Below, piece after piece: positions 37,101 to 51,261 of a stretch of DNA of 64,000 nt (position 1 is its first letter; each line of letters starts with the position of its first letter). This DNA comes from Auanema rhodensis. Lineage: Eukaryota > Animalia > Nematoda. Below the pieces are notes generated by a model. It worked only from the letters and a program-made list of their open reading frames with translations, did no database searches and had not been told where the DNA came from. Both the position numbers and the translations under genes were made by a program. The stretch spans positions 14,012,001 to 14,076,000 of the forward strand of contig OZ059900.1 of assembly GCA_964057225.1 (NCBI GenBank), given 5' to 3'.

Positions 37101-40100
37101 GCTTTGAGCTAATTTTTTTCTTCTTTCTTCTCAACATCACGACTCCGTTTGAATTCAGGCGAAGAACATCATTCCTTTTGAAGTTAACTATATCTGTAGC
37201 TTTGAGTTTGCAAGGTTCTCCAATTTTTATAAGGTTTTTCGCTTTACTTCGAACGACAACTTCTTTTTTCGTTTCGATTCCATCTTTTTGAAGTTTAACA
37301 ATTGCAAGATGATAATTGGTGGGGAGTAGACCATATAACTCTTGGTTATTTCGATTTTTAACCTGCTTTGTAACAAGTGCGCTCCTTTTTGCTTTGACAA
37401 CATAATTGCCTTCAACTCTCTGATCAGAACAGCCTAAAGCAAACAAAAAAATAAAAAAACTCTTAGAAAAAAACATACTTTCTTTCGTTTTTTCGCCATT
37501 AGTTAAAACGTTTTTATCTTGTACTGGAGAGAGGCTCGACAATGAATCCATTTGGCAATCAGCGGTTAGTGGAGCTTCAATATTAGCTATAGCATGATCA
37601 GCATTCTTTTCATTCATAGTATCGAGTTTATCAAGTATTGAAACTGATACTGGAAATATAGAATGCTTCGGTGGATTTCCAGGTGGTAATGGTATGTCAC
37701 TCAGAGAAAAAACGGCGTTCACAGAGTCAGTGAATGGAGGATTGTTAGATGATCCTTCCGGGTTTGAAATATGTATTCCATCAACACTATCAAATCCACT
37801 GTGTTTTACTGTTATCTGCTCTTTATCGTTGATATCCCTTGTTAGAGCAGCGCTGCTCGATTTAATTTTCCGAGATTTGCCAGGATTTTCTTTGGTTTCT
37901 TTCTTTGAGCCTGCCTTCATATTTTTTTGTTGACATGAGGTACGCTTTTTTCTCGGTTCACCACAAACAAGAGACCACCATCTGAAATTGAATCAGTTGA
38001 TAAGAATAAAAACATTTTGTATTTAAAAGTTTGCTATTTTCTTACTTGAACTTTTTTGCTTCCTCTGTAACTTCCACACTTGAAAAAACTGATGAGGCAA
38101 TTGGTCTTGGAATGAAGGAATTTTTTGATTGAACAGAATCTAAAAACATATTTAAAAACAAGTTAGAGCTATTATTAAACCTATAAAGGATTTTGCTGCT
38201 CTCTTTCGGGTTTTCAAAATTTGCCGTACTTTAGCAGGTTTTTGATTACTTAGACCAACAGGCATGTTGATCCTATAGCGTTCAACGGTTCTTTTAGATA
38301 AATTGTTCAGCTGAAATACAATAATTGAAAATTATGATTGTTTCAGCAAAAATACATTATTAGCTTCAGTTCCTTCTTTGCTCACTTGAGCAATCATCTC
38401 ATCCATTAATTGCTCCACCTCAACATTATCATCCAAATGCATTCTCGGTGGTTGACCAAGTACAACTTTACGCTTTGTAATCTAAACACATTATATACTT
38501 AATTATCAAAGGTGGACATGAAACTTACATTTTTTTTATGTACGTTCTGAGTACTATCTATTCCAACACCATCTGATAACTCTACAAGAGCATTCATGCA
38601 AACATCAGTTAAGAACAATAAAGGATTTTCTGTTTCTTTTTTAGTTGTTAAAAAGCTACAGTTCTTCAATTCTCCACGATATTCCTTAACTACTTGTGCC
38701 AAATTTTCCATATGAGCTTCACGCGTTGTACTCAATGTATTATCTTTGGCATACAGTTCCATAATTCTAGGAAGCAAAAGCACTGGTTCTTTCGAAATTT
38801 CAAGTTGGCTCTTCTTATCCGTTAAATCAACCATTCGGTCAAATGCTTTTTGCTGTAAGGACATAAGCCTGTTCTCGAATTTTTCTCGTTCTTCCTTTTC
38901 TTTGAGTTTCTTGGTTACGTCAGGCATTTCCTGGAAACAAAATTATCAATAATGTTTATGATATTTACCAATAATAATGCACGCACCTCTGCTAAATCTA
39001 AAAACCGCTTAGCAAAAAATGTTTCATATTTGTTTCCTATCCTAATGCGACGTTCATTTTTCAGTATAGAGGTGGGAGCAATTGTATGAGATTCCGTAGT
39101 ATCAGATTTAGGTAACAAGAAGTTTTCTTCTTTTTCTACAGTTTGCTCCGTTATATCGTTAGTTTCAAAAGTGGGAGGTTTTTTCAATTTAGGAATTTTA
39201 CTTTGTTTCAAATGTTCTCTTCTATAACGAGAATGTTGACCAAATACTGCAGACATTATCTAAAAGAAGAAGCTGAAAATTAATGTTTGAAGAATCGAAC
39301 ATACTTGTTTTGAGTAAGGTACTACAACGGAGTCGGGTTTTTTAGTAGTTGTTCCTTCTACTGTATTTTCTGAAGAATTATGGTATTGAATTTTGCATTT
39401 TCCTCAATAACTTGCCTTTCAATGTTTCTACAAACTTCATCTTATTCGAGACCGACTTTGCTACCTCTTTATATGTATGAGAACCGTTATCGTTAGAAAT
39501 TGTGAGCAACTCATCTATTCCAATATGAGTAACGTCATTAAACATCGAATTTTGCTTTTTCAACTAAAAATTTTGGTTAAGGAATTTGAAGACAGAAATG
39601 AATAATTGTAGAATTATTTAAGAATTACCAATCGCTTCCTATCTCTTTTGATAAAAATGTCAAGAAGAACATTTTCAACTATTTGTCTACCTTCTGGACG
39701 TATCATAGATGGGTCAAACAAAGGACATAATTTACAAAATGATTTCAAATCTTCCTCATCTCTTTTTACCAAAGCCTAAACATTTAATGAAATATTCAAT
39801 TCATTTTCAAATCTTATTGAGCATACCTTAATCATAGGCATTCTTAAGGATCGCTCCATTTTCAATATTCGTTCATGTAACTTATAGACACTGTGGAAGC
39901 TTCTTATGTTTTCCGCAACATTTGTGTTCTAAAAAGAAAATTGTAAGCACGATTGCTTTTATCATTATACCGGATCCCCAAAATACGTATTTGGAAGAAC
40001 ATGATGGTTGGATTGTCGTGGCATTAGCATGGGTCGTTTGCTGTTTTTCATAGATAGTGAAGTCATATTATCCTAAAATTGTTGAACATATAAATGAAAG

Positions 40101-43100
40101 ATTGTTAGACACTCACCGATGGAACACAAGCCAAAGCATTCGAGAACTTATTTTGAATATGCTTGAGTTGCTCATCAACATAAAAACCATGACATGAGAG
40201 AACTTTTCTATGAGCAAGAAATTGTGCAAAATTCATCTGTCTGCGGCGTCTCGCTTTAACTTTCTCGCTTTCCTTTTTATCGTTGTTATTCAACTTTCCC
40301 ATATTTGATGAATCGAACTAAAAACCATTAAATTAAGTTAAAACTTCTCGAAACTTACTATACGAACTGCATCTTCTTCGCACACCGTGTTTTTTAATTT
40401 CAAGTATTTCTTTTCCTCCATTGACTTAGGCACTGGTTTAGTTTGCCCAAAGAAAAAAGGTAAGCGTTTAATATTAACTTTCTTCGTTTTAAATCCTGGA
40501 TTGTGCTTAAGGTTAGCCAGTGACTCTGCCGCAGCTTCTGATGAAATAATTCCCTCACTTTCCTTAGGCGTTGGAACATCTCCCGTAATTTGTGGTATCT
40601 CTGCAGTTATATCCATCGCTGCATTTTTTCTTGTAGTTATTTCATTGTTTTCTCCACTGAATAACACATCAAGAACTTGCTGATTTGACATTATGTCTTT
40701 GTTTGAATGCAGTATTGCAGATTCAAGCTCTGAAGGTGATTTTTCAGACACAATCTTTCTGCTAAAGAACGCTTCATTAGAAGTTGTACGGCTGCTCAAC
40801 TTGAAAACAGCATCCTTTCTCAAAGAGGGTCGGTTCAGTGTTGTAGATGTGGCATGACCAGATAAACTCTTTTTTTTGTCTGCCTCAACAACCATTTTCT
40901 TTGCTTCTCTTCTCAAATCTTGCATCACTCTCATATGCTTGATAATTAACTCTCTATGTTTTTCGAGAGAAATATCCTCACGTTTGGGGACTTTGAAAGG
41001 CGGTTTTAATCCTAAGATAACTTTCTTCTTCTTCAATATCTTAGTCTTCGTTTTAAGCTCCAATTTCTTTTTTGGTGGGTCCTTTCTTGATTTTCCAGAA
41101 GTTTTAGTGGGTTTATTTCCTTTTGCTTTAGTTGGATTTGCAGTATTTGAAGTTACATTAGGAGCCGTGGTTGCTGCTAGTTTTGATTTGGACAAGGCAG
41201 GCTTAGCAGAAGCATTTGTCTTAGCTAGGACCTGTTTACTTGAAGACTGTGGAACAGATTCCCCATTTGCAGCGGCAGCAGCTGCAGCTTGTTGCTTCGC
41301 TTGCAAACGAGCGGCTGTAGTAACTGATTTCTAAAAATAAATAACATTAATGGTATACATTGTGAAAACTTACTGGAGGAGGAACAGTAGCTTTTCTGCT
41401 ATCACCCAAGCCTGGAGGCCCTCTGGGAACATGTGGGAATAATCTGTCTAAAACATCCGAACCCTCACATTTTTCATTTATCTGATAAGTGTGTTTTGGT
41501 GCAGAGGTAGAAACGGAGATCTAAAATGTTCATGACAAATCATTTTTTTATTTATAAAAACCTTTTGTTGTTCTTTATCTTGATCTGCTACTGGAACAGA
41601 ATCTGCAACAAGTGAAGGAGCAGATGAAGACATTTCCCTTCGAATTTCTTCGAGTGGTACGAAAACATGTCTAAATGCGGGTTGAGCTACATATGGTACC
41701 ATATGTGGAGCAGAAATTTCTAAATAGAGTTGCTCATTATAAAGTAAAAATAAAAATCTCACCTTCGTGAGGTCGAATTGTACGGGGACGGCCTCTTTTT
41801 TTTTTCGGTGGCACCAACATTCTGAAAAAATATGGTAATAACCGTGCATTTTCTATATAAACGTACGGTGTTTGGGAATGCGAAGACACGTTGAAGTTTG
41901 TGATAGGTTCAATACCAACAGACATCTATATATATTATGTTAAGTAATTTATTTTCATTATAAAATACTGACCCTAACTTGCTCTTGAGGTTGGTTGAGA
42001 TCAAATTGTTGCTTTCTGAGACGTTTTCTTGGACTGGAATCAATATTGAGGAGCATATTTGGAGTAATTGTAGCAGCTGGCATTGTGACTTGATGATTAG
42101 AAGAAGATGTGTGAGGAGAAGTTGGAGGCAATCTTTCAGCATTTGATATTAAATTGCTCACCCTAAAAATAAACTGATGAATAAGAAGGAAATAGCAGTT
42201 TTCTTACGAAAAGTTCGATTTCTCAGAAATATGAGATGGACTATCTTGTGGTGTTGCGGTAAAAGGTAACTTGCGCTTAGCAGCACTTCCTGGAGTGTTC
42301 TTTCGTAAAATGGAAGGACGAGGTGAAGGTGTGAGAATTGCAGGAGCTCCTTGCGAGTTCGGCGAAGCTGGCAATATAGCAGGACCTGCTGAATATGCTG
42401 AAATAGGAAATTACAGTAATAGTTACAATTTTATTGTACTACATTGCAATTGTAAACGCTGAGAAATCTGCTGTTGCATCTGATGCTGTTGCAAATGATG
42501 TTGCGCAATATTAGTTATTGTTCTTTGCATAGGTGCAAATGTGTTACCCAGACTAAGTGAAGATGGATGAGACTGAAATAATATGTATCAATAGTTCGAA
42601 AATGAACTCTTACCGGCGAGTTCATAGGCAATGATGGCGTTATATTCGACATGTTTGCATAGCGAGGCTGAGGCCGTGATATCTTTAAAAAACATTATGC
42701 TAATTTCAATGTCCGCTTGTTACCGTATTTGTTAACCGAGCAACAGCATGAACTTGCTGTAATTGTTGTAAAGCTTGTTGATCATGAAAATTCGAAACAA
42801 GTCCTCTATACGGCAGCGAAGAATTACCAACACTAATACGTTGTTGCATTTGGTGCTGTTGTAGTTGTTGTTGATGATGTTGTTGTTGTTGTTGCTGTTG
42901 TTGTTGTTGCAAAATACTTGCTATATTGGCAACTCCACTAGGAATAGATGCGTTTGTATTTAAACGGGATTGTTGGAGTCTGAGTAGATAATAAGATTAA
43001 TAAAGTATTAAGAATGAGAATGCTTACCTCATAGTATTAATACACTGTGGGTGTACCTGATTAAGATGCAGAGTATTCATCACCCGTTCTTCTCGAAGAT

Positions 43101-44120
43101 GAAAAGCACTCATTGGCCTATCGTCTCTAACAGCCACTGTGGCCGGGCGTTCCTCTCGTACAGGAGCCACGCTCAGTGGTCGATCTTCCCTGAAGAACAA
43201 AAACATAACTTTAAAAATAAAACATTTTTATCAAAACAACCTTAAGGAATTCCTGTTGATCTGGGAAGATTGTATAAACGCAGAATTAGCTTGTTGGGCA
43301 CCATGTGTTCCAACAGTGTTATTATCAACTAAAAATAAACAATAAAACGAACAATTTAAAAATGATAAGCATACATGTTCTTGCAATTCTAGACTGTTGC
43401 ATTCCATTTTCCGCAACAGAGCCTCTTTGTTGCGCCTAGAACAAGAAAATTACAAAATAGTAAAATTTGATGTTTTATATTATATGATGTATATTATTTG
43501 CTAAAATACTGTTTTAAGATTTAACACCATAAATATAAAAAATTTAGAATTGCAAAGAAACCATACCATAGATGATGAATAAGCATTAGTTGAGTTTGTT
43601 ACTAGACGACTAGGCAGACCTGTATTCGCGATTGTGTATCCACGAGATGCTACTGGCTGAAATCATCTTTTCTATTAACTTTCAAACGTTTCGGTAATCA
43701 ACCAAAAATATGAATCAAAAAATGATGAGTTTATAGAGCAATATGTTAATTCTTGTTTCATATTTCGAAAATTTACATAGGACAAAAAGATTGAAAAAAC
43801 AAAATAGCCGATATGGAAGTTACATGCTGTCAGTACAAATTAACCTACCACAGCAGTGTAACGAGTAGCAGGTGGTTGAGGTGGAGGTGTTGGCTGTGGT
43901 GGATAAGCTACTCGATACGGCCCTTGAAGATTCTGACTAGCAACTTGATATCGACGCACAGGTTGTTCACGAGATTGACCATTTTCAGTACCATCCATTT
44001 CACTGGTTGGAATCCGTTCTCTACAGGTCAAATCTAATTAAAATTAACTTTTACATTTATTGTTTATTGAAAATTAAGATATTAAAAAACCTTATTTTTT
44101 TAATTCGTACCTCTGGACAT
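34150..44120 (-). CDS. Very large multi-exon nuclear-type protein with Q/P-rich N-terminus, AT-hook and K/E/D-rich C-terminus (function unknown)
   Basis: ATG at 44120 (MSR-DLTCRERIP...), run of exons with GT-AG introns, polyQ, PKKKRGRPR AT-hook near 41780-41810, long exons at 40338-41330, 36850-37400 and 34150-35780. Not every junction was checked; it could be two genes. Confidence 0.7.
42841..42910 (-). repeat. CAA/CAG coding microsatellite (polyglutamine)
   Basis: Encodes QQQQQQQQQQHHQQQLQQHQMQQ within the large gene. Confidence 0.8.
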
Positions 44121-45023
44121 TAAAAGAAAGAATTACCACTTAACCTGAGAGACAAAAACTAAACATATGCATTAAAGCCCTAAATGAGAAAATCAGTGAC
44201 GAATTAGCTAACAATAACAAAATGATGAAGTTTCAACAAAAACACATCAACACAATATTAAATAAGAAACGCTTAGGTTCTTTCCGCGCCTTAATGTTTT
44301 GAAAGCGCGACGCGTGCGTGTCGCGTCGCGATGGCGTTTATTAATAGGTCGCTAGATGCGGTTAAAAATCGATTACATACTCATCTATAGCAATAGCAGA
44401 CACCCCCCCCCCACCCCAAATGGAATTGAGCAGATGTTGGTTTATAGGTTGTATCCCAGCAGAATGTGAATACACAAAAGTTAGGTTTGGAAATCTTTGT
44501 TAGAGTTATAAATAGAATAGTAATATTTGTTGTTTGATCAACAAATAAAGTTATTCTTGATTTTATTCTCATTTTCATATATTTTTTCATTTGTAACATA
44601 TTTTGAGAAATATAGAATAAAGTTTAAGAAATTATTGTTTTCATTAACAAATATCAAACAAATTTATTAAACGATGAATTCAACACGCATTCAATACAAA
44701 TATAAAAAGAAAGACTGTTAAATCAACATGATTCATATTACGTGATGTGAATAACTTTCACAATATCTATATGAATAAGATATTCATATTAACAGTGTTT
44801 ATGAGGAGTTGCAAATGTTTTAAATTTAGAGAATTGTAAAAAGTATTGAGGCTATCCTATAAAGATCATTGTATGTTTGTATATATATGTTTAGGATTAA
44901 TTTTCAATTTTTTGTTTTGGAATCCAATTTTTCAAGTCTAGCATGCCGCGTTGAAATTGGTAAAGGTTCGAGAAAAAAAGTATGAGAAATAGTGAGACTT
45001 CGAAGTGAGACTACGTGAAGAAA

Positions 45024-48000
45024 TTAACAATAATTACAAGCAGCTGGGCAATTTTTTTTCATGTAATTCATGAATAAACCTTCACAAAAACCTGCAGCTT
45101 TCCAGTTGTCACAGAAATGCTTCTTATTTTGGCATGATTTGGTTCCTATGGGAGCACTTGGAGTTGAATTGACTTTTGGAGGTAATGTGGATTGACTGAA
45201 AAATTAAAATTTATATTTAAAAAAATTGATATTAGCAGCAGTACTTTGGAGGACGGAATGTAACATAAGGCATGTTTGTCACAATAGCTGGAGCAATTGG
45301 TCGGCTGGTGACCGAAACGTCGGGAACTTCCGTTGGGGGTGGTTTGAAACAGAATCCACAACTTTTTGGACAGAATGTCTTCATGAAATCACTTGAGAGT
45401 TTGCAATATCTGAAACACTTGGTTAACATAACTGAGTTTTTTAGACTTAGAACCTTTGTTTAACAAGTGTAACACAATCAACTCTCAGGTCTTCACAGTC
45501 AGACACTCCTGGATTCACAGTTGTGGTAGGGATAGGTACAGTAGGTAAAATAGTTGAAGTTGGTAAAGTCACAGGAGAACTTGTAGTTGTAACCACTGGT
45601 GCTAAAAGCAAGTACTAAGTAAATTTGAAAATCAAAATCAATTACATGGTTTGCAGAAGCCGCAAGACACTGGACAGTAGTCTTTCATCCATCCTGGATT
45701 TCTAGTACACCAGCCTATGAAAATAAAATGTTAGCTCAACATATAGTAATATGGTACCATTGGCAGCCAAGTTATCGCAGTCTCCACGAGTATTGGAGCA
45801 TGTTTGTGGTTGAGCAGTTGTGTATGGAGGAGGAGTCACAGCAATAGTTGAAGTTATAACTGGTGTAGTGGTTGTTGTTGTTGCTGGAGGCGTGGTTGTT
45901 GTTTGAATTCCAACTTGGTCTACAAAATGAATTGAAGTTATCCCTGTTGAACATCTTTTCTATTGTACCAGTCGGGCACCCATAAAGAGTATTAATCTTG
46001 AACATGTCAGTTTTAGAAAATCCGGATCGTTGACCAATTTGAGCATTGCTTTGTTTTGGTACCATAGTAGGTTGACCATTTTTAGAGAAAGCCTTGAAAT
46101 ATGAATGTTTTACAAAACAAACTTAAAAACGTTTTGTTAACAAACTTTTCCTCCGTAATGCATGATTGAAGTGTAGTCATACTTGGTTCCTAAATCGGAT
46201 ATAGTTCCATGACCATATTTTTCAAATTGGCCTTGCATTCCAGATTGGATATTGTTCCACATGATAGTGATATAGTCATCACGATCAGTTCTACTTTGTT
46301 CATGGAAAAATCCAACAGCATGCATCAATTCGTGAATGATGATGCCTTTTTGAATACATCCGGAGCCAAGAGATAACATTTGCTTTCCACCTAATATAAA
46401 AAGTTAACCCGATTCTTGTAGCTTGCTTGTCTCACCCATACGGCCAACCATAGAATAACAACCACGATCAGGATAAATATGAACGTAATTGTTGTCAGAA
46501 CCTTCTTTTGGAACCCACTTGATACAAGTATGAGTAGAATACTCTTGCATTGATGCCGCAATGAGTGAACGACTGAAAGACAAGATAAATATAAGTTCAG
46601 TTTTCTTAATCTTTTTTTTTTCATATTTAATCTAGCAACTTATCTTATTATATTGTAAAAAGATAAAGACAAATGCTTTAGTTTGAACATTGAGTAATGT
46701 TTTGATGTCTACACTCAAGAGAAGCACTCAAAAAATTACTGAAATTGTCCCTTTCATCTTATTATTTCAACTATCTACAAATCATTTTGTTCTTTTTATG
46801 TAAACAATCTTAAAGCTTTACGTGAAGATATCTGTTGAGTGCGCGTGAGCAAGACTGTCTAAACGTTCAGACAGCTAAGAGTACACATAAATTTATAAGA
46901 CCACGAAACAAAAAGATGAACCTTGCGAGTCAAGCTCAATTGGTCAATAGATTGCGAGATGAGCTTTTTTGTCGGATGAAGAGGCACGCGCTGTCAAAAT
47001 AATAAGATGAAAAGAAAAGAGATGAAATGGGTATGATGGAAATAATAGTGAATAAATATGGATAAGTAGATATAGAAGAGAATTTAAAAAACCGAAAAAA
47101 GAAAAATCGTACTCAGGTTCATCTGCTCACCTGAGTGAGCACTAAAAATGAGTTTGACAAGTTCCATCTTCAATAATAACCTTACTTGTTTTCATGATGA
47201 CCCTCAATTTCACAATTTCATAGTATTTCCTTCAGAAACTCCTACCAGTGTATTCAAAACATTAAGCCCTTATCAATTAAACTTTCGAAATCGTTGTGTT
47301 TAAAAGTTATTTTTTTCAAAGTCATTGTGAAAAAGAGCAAATTAAACCTGTATGAGCTATATTGACTACTGATAGTATATGGGATGCGTCCATTTGGCCA
47401 AAGCTGATGTCTGTTTTTAATAGCATTGTAGAAATTTCCATTTGCAGATTCTTTGGCTCCACCAGTCAAAAAAGCTTCAATCGTGGAAGCACTCAACTAA
47501 AAAAAAATGAAAAAAGTTACTATTTCAGAATATCTATAAAAATGTGATTCAACATCAATTTCATACAATTGTACTCGAATTTCCATTTTTGAGCGAAATT
47601 TGATGCGGTAATTTTGTAGGAAAATAGCACTCAATATTTGATTTTTAAGTGTTGACAAACTAGATATAGATAGACATACACTTGTCTGAGATGAATTGTA
47701 TGTTTTAGATTTCCCTTTGTTATGTCGCTTTTAGAAAGTTCTTTAGCTTGGTCAAGCAATTGTTACTACTAACTGACCAGTAAGAATATTTTAGTGATAT
47801 TAAAAAATAATTTGAAATTCTTGGATTGACATGAAACAGCTAAAGAACATCAGCGCAGACGTTTAGAACTTACATTAGCATTAGCAATATCTCCTTCAAA
47901 GCGATTTCTGTTGTACATGGCGTCTGAATCCCACATGTCTGCTTCAGGAGGAGCAAATTGACTTTCCATTAGAATTTGGCCCCTACGAAAATCCTCTGAT

Positions 48001-48169
48001 GTGAGAAATGTTTCGTAGTCCTCTACACCTCTAACAAATAACTAAAACAATTGATAAAATATAAATTTAAATTCATTTCTGAGCAAACCATATTATCATT
48101 TTGATGAAAAGGATTTCCAGCATAAGCCGATATAGTTAGTATCCCAATCCATGTGATTGCTTTCCTCAT
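45024..48169 (-). CDS. nas-15: Astacin metalloprotease with three ShKT domains (nas-15-like)
   Basis: Signal peptide, NRFEGDI prodomain, HELMHAVGFFHEQSRTDRD zinc motif, SIMHY Met-turn, Thr/Pro-rich linkers, three ShK modules (CPVSCGFC, CPKSCGFC, CPAACNYC*). Confidence 0.85.
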
Positions 48170-49012
48170 CGTTTTATCTTGAAAAACAAACGTCATAGCA
48201 TTTAAATTAAGCAGCTTAACATGAAAGCACTACAAGATATATTGGTGGTAACCCTTTTTTCAAAACAAAACAGTAACGCTGGTAAACAAAAAAGAAAACC
48301 GAGAAAAAAACGATTTAGTTCTTGACTGAGTGAGTAAGGACGAGTTTGAACAAAAGATTGGTCTAGCTGAGGAGGACATTGACGGGTTCGGAGCTGACCG
48401 CTCAAACAGTGAGTCAAATAGAGCCGAATGAGAGCTTTTAAAAAAATCAAAACGAAAAATGACCAATTTCTCAATGAGATTTCCTTTCTTGCTTATATAG
48501 TAGTTGAGAGAAATGGGCGGGTTTTTAAAAAAACGTCGTGTGAGGTCTATATTAAAACTATTCCGTTATCTACAAACTGTTAAAACTATTAGAAATATCT
48601 GTGACTCAGAAAAAAGCTAATGGAACAATATGAAAATGGTTTTTTGTGTTCTTATTTATGTTATGCATAGCATTGAACAGAAAAATAAATGAGCAAGAAT
48701 GTGATAATGGGATATATCGTTAGCAACTGCCTGAATCCACTTTCAAACCATCTCTGCGAGCATGACATGCTCATTGTTCACTTGACAACCGATACCACCT
48801 GCATATACATAGACGACACTTCATGTATGCGTTACGATCGTCAATATTCAAAATTCAAAATAACCTTCTTCTTGTGCTAGTAAAAATGAGAGATATAAAT
48901 ATATAAAAAGATTTCTATAAGAATATGTCATAAAATTAAAAATTAAATAAAACACTTGAAAGGTAAAATTTATAAAAACATTTCAATTAACACAAACGAA
49001 CAGATAAAATAA

Positions 49013-51261
49013 TTAAAAAGGTTTTTTTAAACGAGACATTAGTTCTGCATAGGCATCCGCTCCATCATTTGGCAAGATATTAATTTTTTGTGCTGACTCA
49101 AGAAGAACATCTAATGTTATCTATAAATATATAAACTTGTAAATAACATAAGTTTGATATAACTGACCCTAGAGAAGAAAATCTTGGCGTCTTCGGTAGA
49201 ACGTAGAGTGCATGTTCTAGGCAACTTTTTCTGAAATTACTCAGAAGTAATTTAGTTTTTTTTTTAAACTATCATTTAATCTGTAATTCTACTAATTTTC
49301 CATAAACGTTTTTCAAATAAGTACATGCAAATATACTGTAAGAACAGTAGTTTTACGAGTGTTAAAATGTTTCTTACGACTAAAAATGGATTAAAATTTC
49401 TTTTCGTCTTTCTTCGATATTTCTCCGTTGCACTCCCTTATATTTTTCCCATAAGCAAGCTCTTCTTCAACTCGACTCTGTTTATTTTCTTGTGCGATTA
49501 TTTGACCTCGCGAAGAAACGCACGCATATTGTTGTAGATACTTTTGCGCACAGTCATCGTAATATTTTCTATACCAAAGCATCACAACCAGTGTATGTTC
49601 ATCTCTCACTATCCTGTTTAGCATACACTCTAAAACTGCTGTCTCCATTTCTTTTCTTCTGCTGAATATTTTTGCACTTTCCGTTTTTTTCAGATTTAAG
49701 CTTCTAATAAAGTTTTGAAGATTTTTTTTTCAAGTAGAGTAGTGAGTGCAAACTATATGAGCTATCAGTTAACCACTTGGATATAATGATTTTTGAATAA
49801 AACTTAAATCAGAACTGAAACAGAACGTTAGAATAAAAATATCTAATAAGTGCAAGCGTTCGTTAATGTTTGTGTTTATCATAATTGTTTGCAAGCGCGG
49901 AGAGATTAGGAGGACAAACATAGTTTACTACTTGGCTAAGTTCCCACATTTAATTTTTCTACTTTTCCAAAGATAAGAAGATTTTCGAAATCGACTAGGT
50001 GATTCACTATACAAAGTGCACAAGGTACTTGCTGGACTATTTACCAAATACGATTAGTGAACTCGATTTCAATCATTCTTAAACCGCTTTAATTACATAG
50101 AAAAACTTCTAAAAACACACACAAAAATGCTTGCAATGCGGTATGATTTGATATAGGGAGTTAAGAATAACTCACCTCACGACATACAGCTGCAACATGG
50201 CTGTCATCTACAAAAGATTCTTCAAATATCCATTGGTCTTGTGGTTCATTGTCTTCCTTCAAGGAAGTTTTTGTGATAAAACAGCCTGTAATGATTATAT
50301 GATAAGAGAAAACAAATAAATTTGCTGATTTACCACGTCTATATTTGCTAGTAGTATCAACATTAAAATCTAAACGATCCAAATCTTTTATTATTCCCTT
50401 TCCAGTTGCTTTCAGGACAGCTTCCTTTAAACACTAAATAAAGCATATTTCCAACAAAAGTTATAATAACAACAACAACCCAAATACGATAGAATATAGC
50501 CATTTTCATAACATCAGTTGGCTGTGTTCGCATTAAAACCAATTCATTCGGTGATGCTGATTTCGCCATAGAGTTGATATACTCATCAGCAGTCATGTTA
50601 TTACCTTAAATTTGATATTTTGTTTACAGCTTATACAGCGACTTACGTTCGTTATTTAACTTCATTACGTCAACACCTACTTTAGATGTGCAAGAACTGG
50701 CGAAAACAACGTAATCACCCTTAAATAAGTATTATATTGGGCTTTTTCAAGTAAAAACCTGATGAGATATATTTAACCCGAAATTCGCATTTGCAGGACC
50801 AGCTAAGTATGGTTTACCTTGCTCAGTACGTTTAAAAATAATATCTTTCCATTCTGTACCAGATAACTAAAAATTTGTGAATTACTCAATGAAACAACTA
50901 ACACTAACTTTGCTAGCAGCATGACGAAGAAGAAGTTTGCCAATTAAACCAGCTAGCACATCCTCACTAGAAATGAATAAATGCAATAAAAACTGAAACA
51001 GGATTACCGATGATAATATTTTTTCAGTTGAACGTATTCATCATTAGTAACACACTGTACGCCTTTGCGATAGAGCAGTTCAAACTAAATAAATACGAGA
51101 ATAAGAAAACATGATCAATCTCAACCTTGTCAGATGCTAGACATGATTTCATGCTGATCATCCATCGCTTACAGCAGCAAGAACTATAAATCTTTCATAA
51201 ATTTCGTGAACGATAATAAGAAAGAATAAAAAATTATCTTAATAACTAACTCTTCAGACAT
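49013..51261 (-). CDS. 4'-phosphopantetheinyl transferase (AASDHPPT/Lys5)
   Basis: FKRTEQGKPYL, NFGLNISHQGDYVVFA, VGVDVMK, FYRIWCLKEAVLKATG, FVDDSHVAAVC. Confidence 0.93.
49391..49648 (-). CDS. Possible nested ORF or alternative exon inside a long AASDHPPT intron
   Basis: 85-codon stop-free ORF in a ~940-nt intron, where most introns here are ~45 nt; CG-rich motif near 49895; no recognisable domain. Confidence 0.3.
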   Translation of the reverse strand: METAVLECMLNRIVRDEHTLVVMLWYRKYYDDCAQKYLQQYACVSSRGQIIAQENKQSRVEEELAYGKNIRECNGEISKKDEKKF

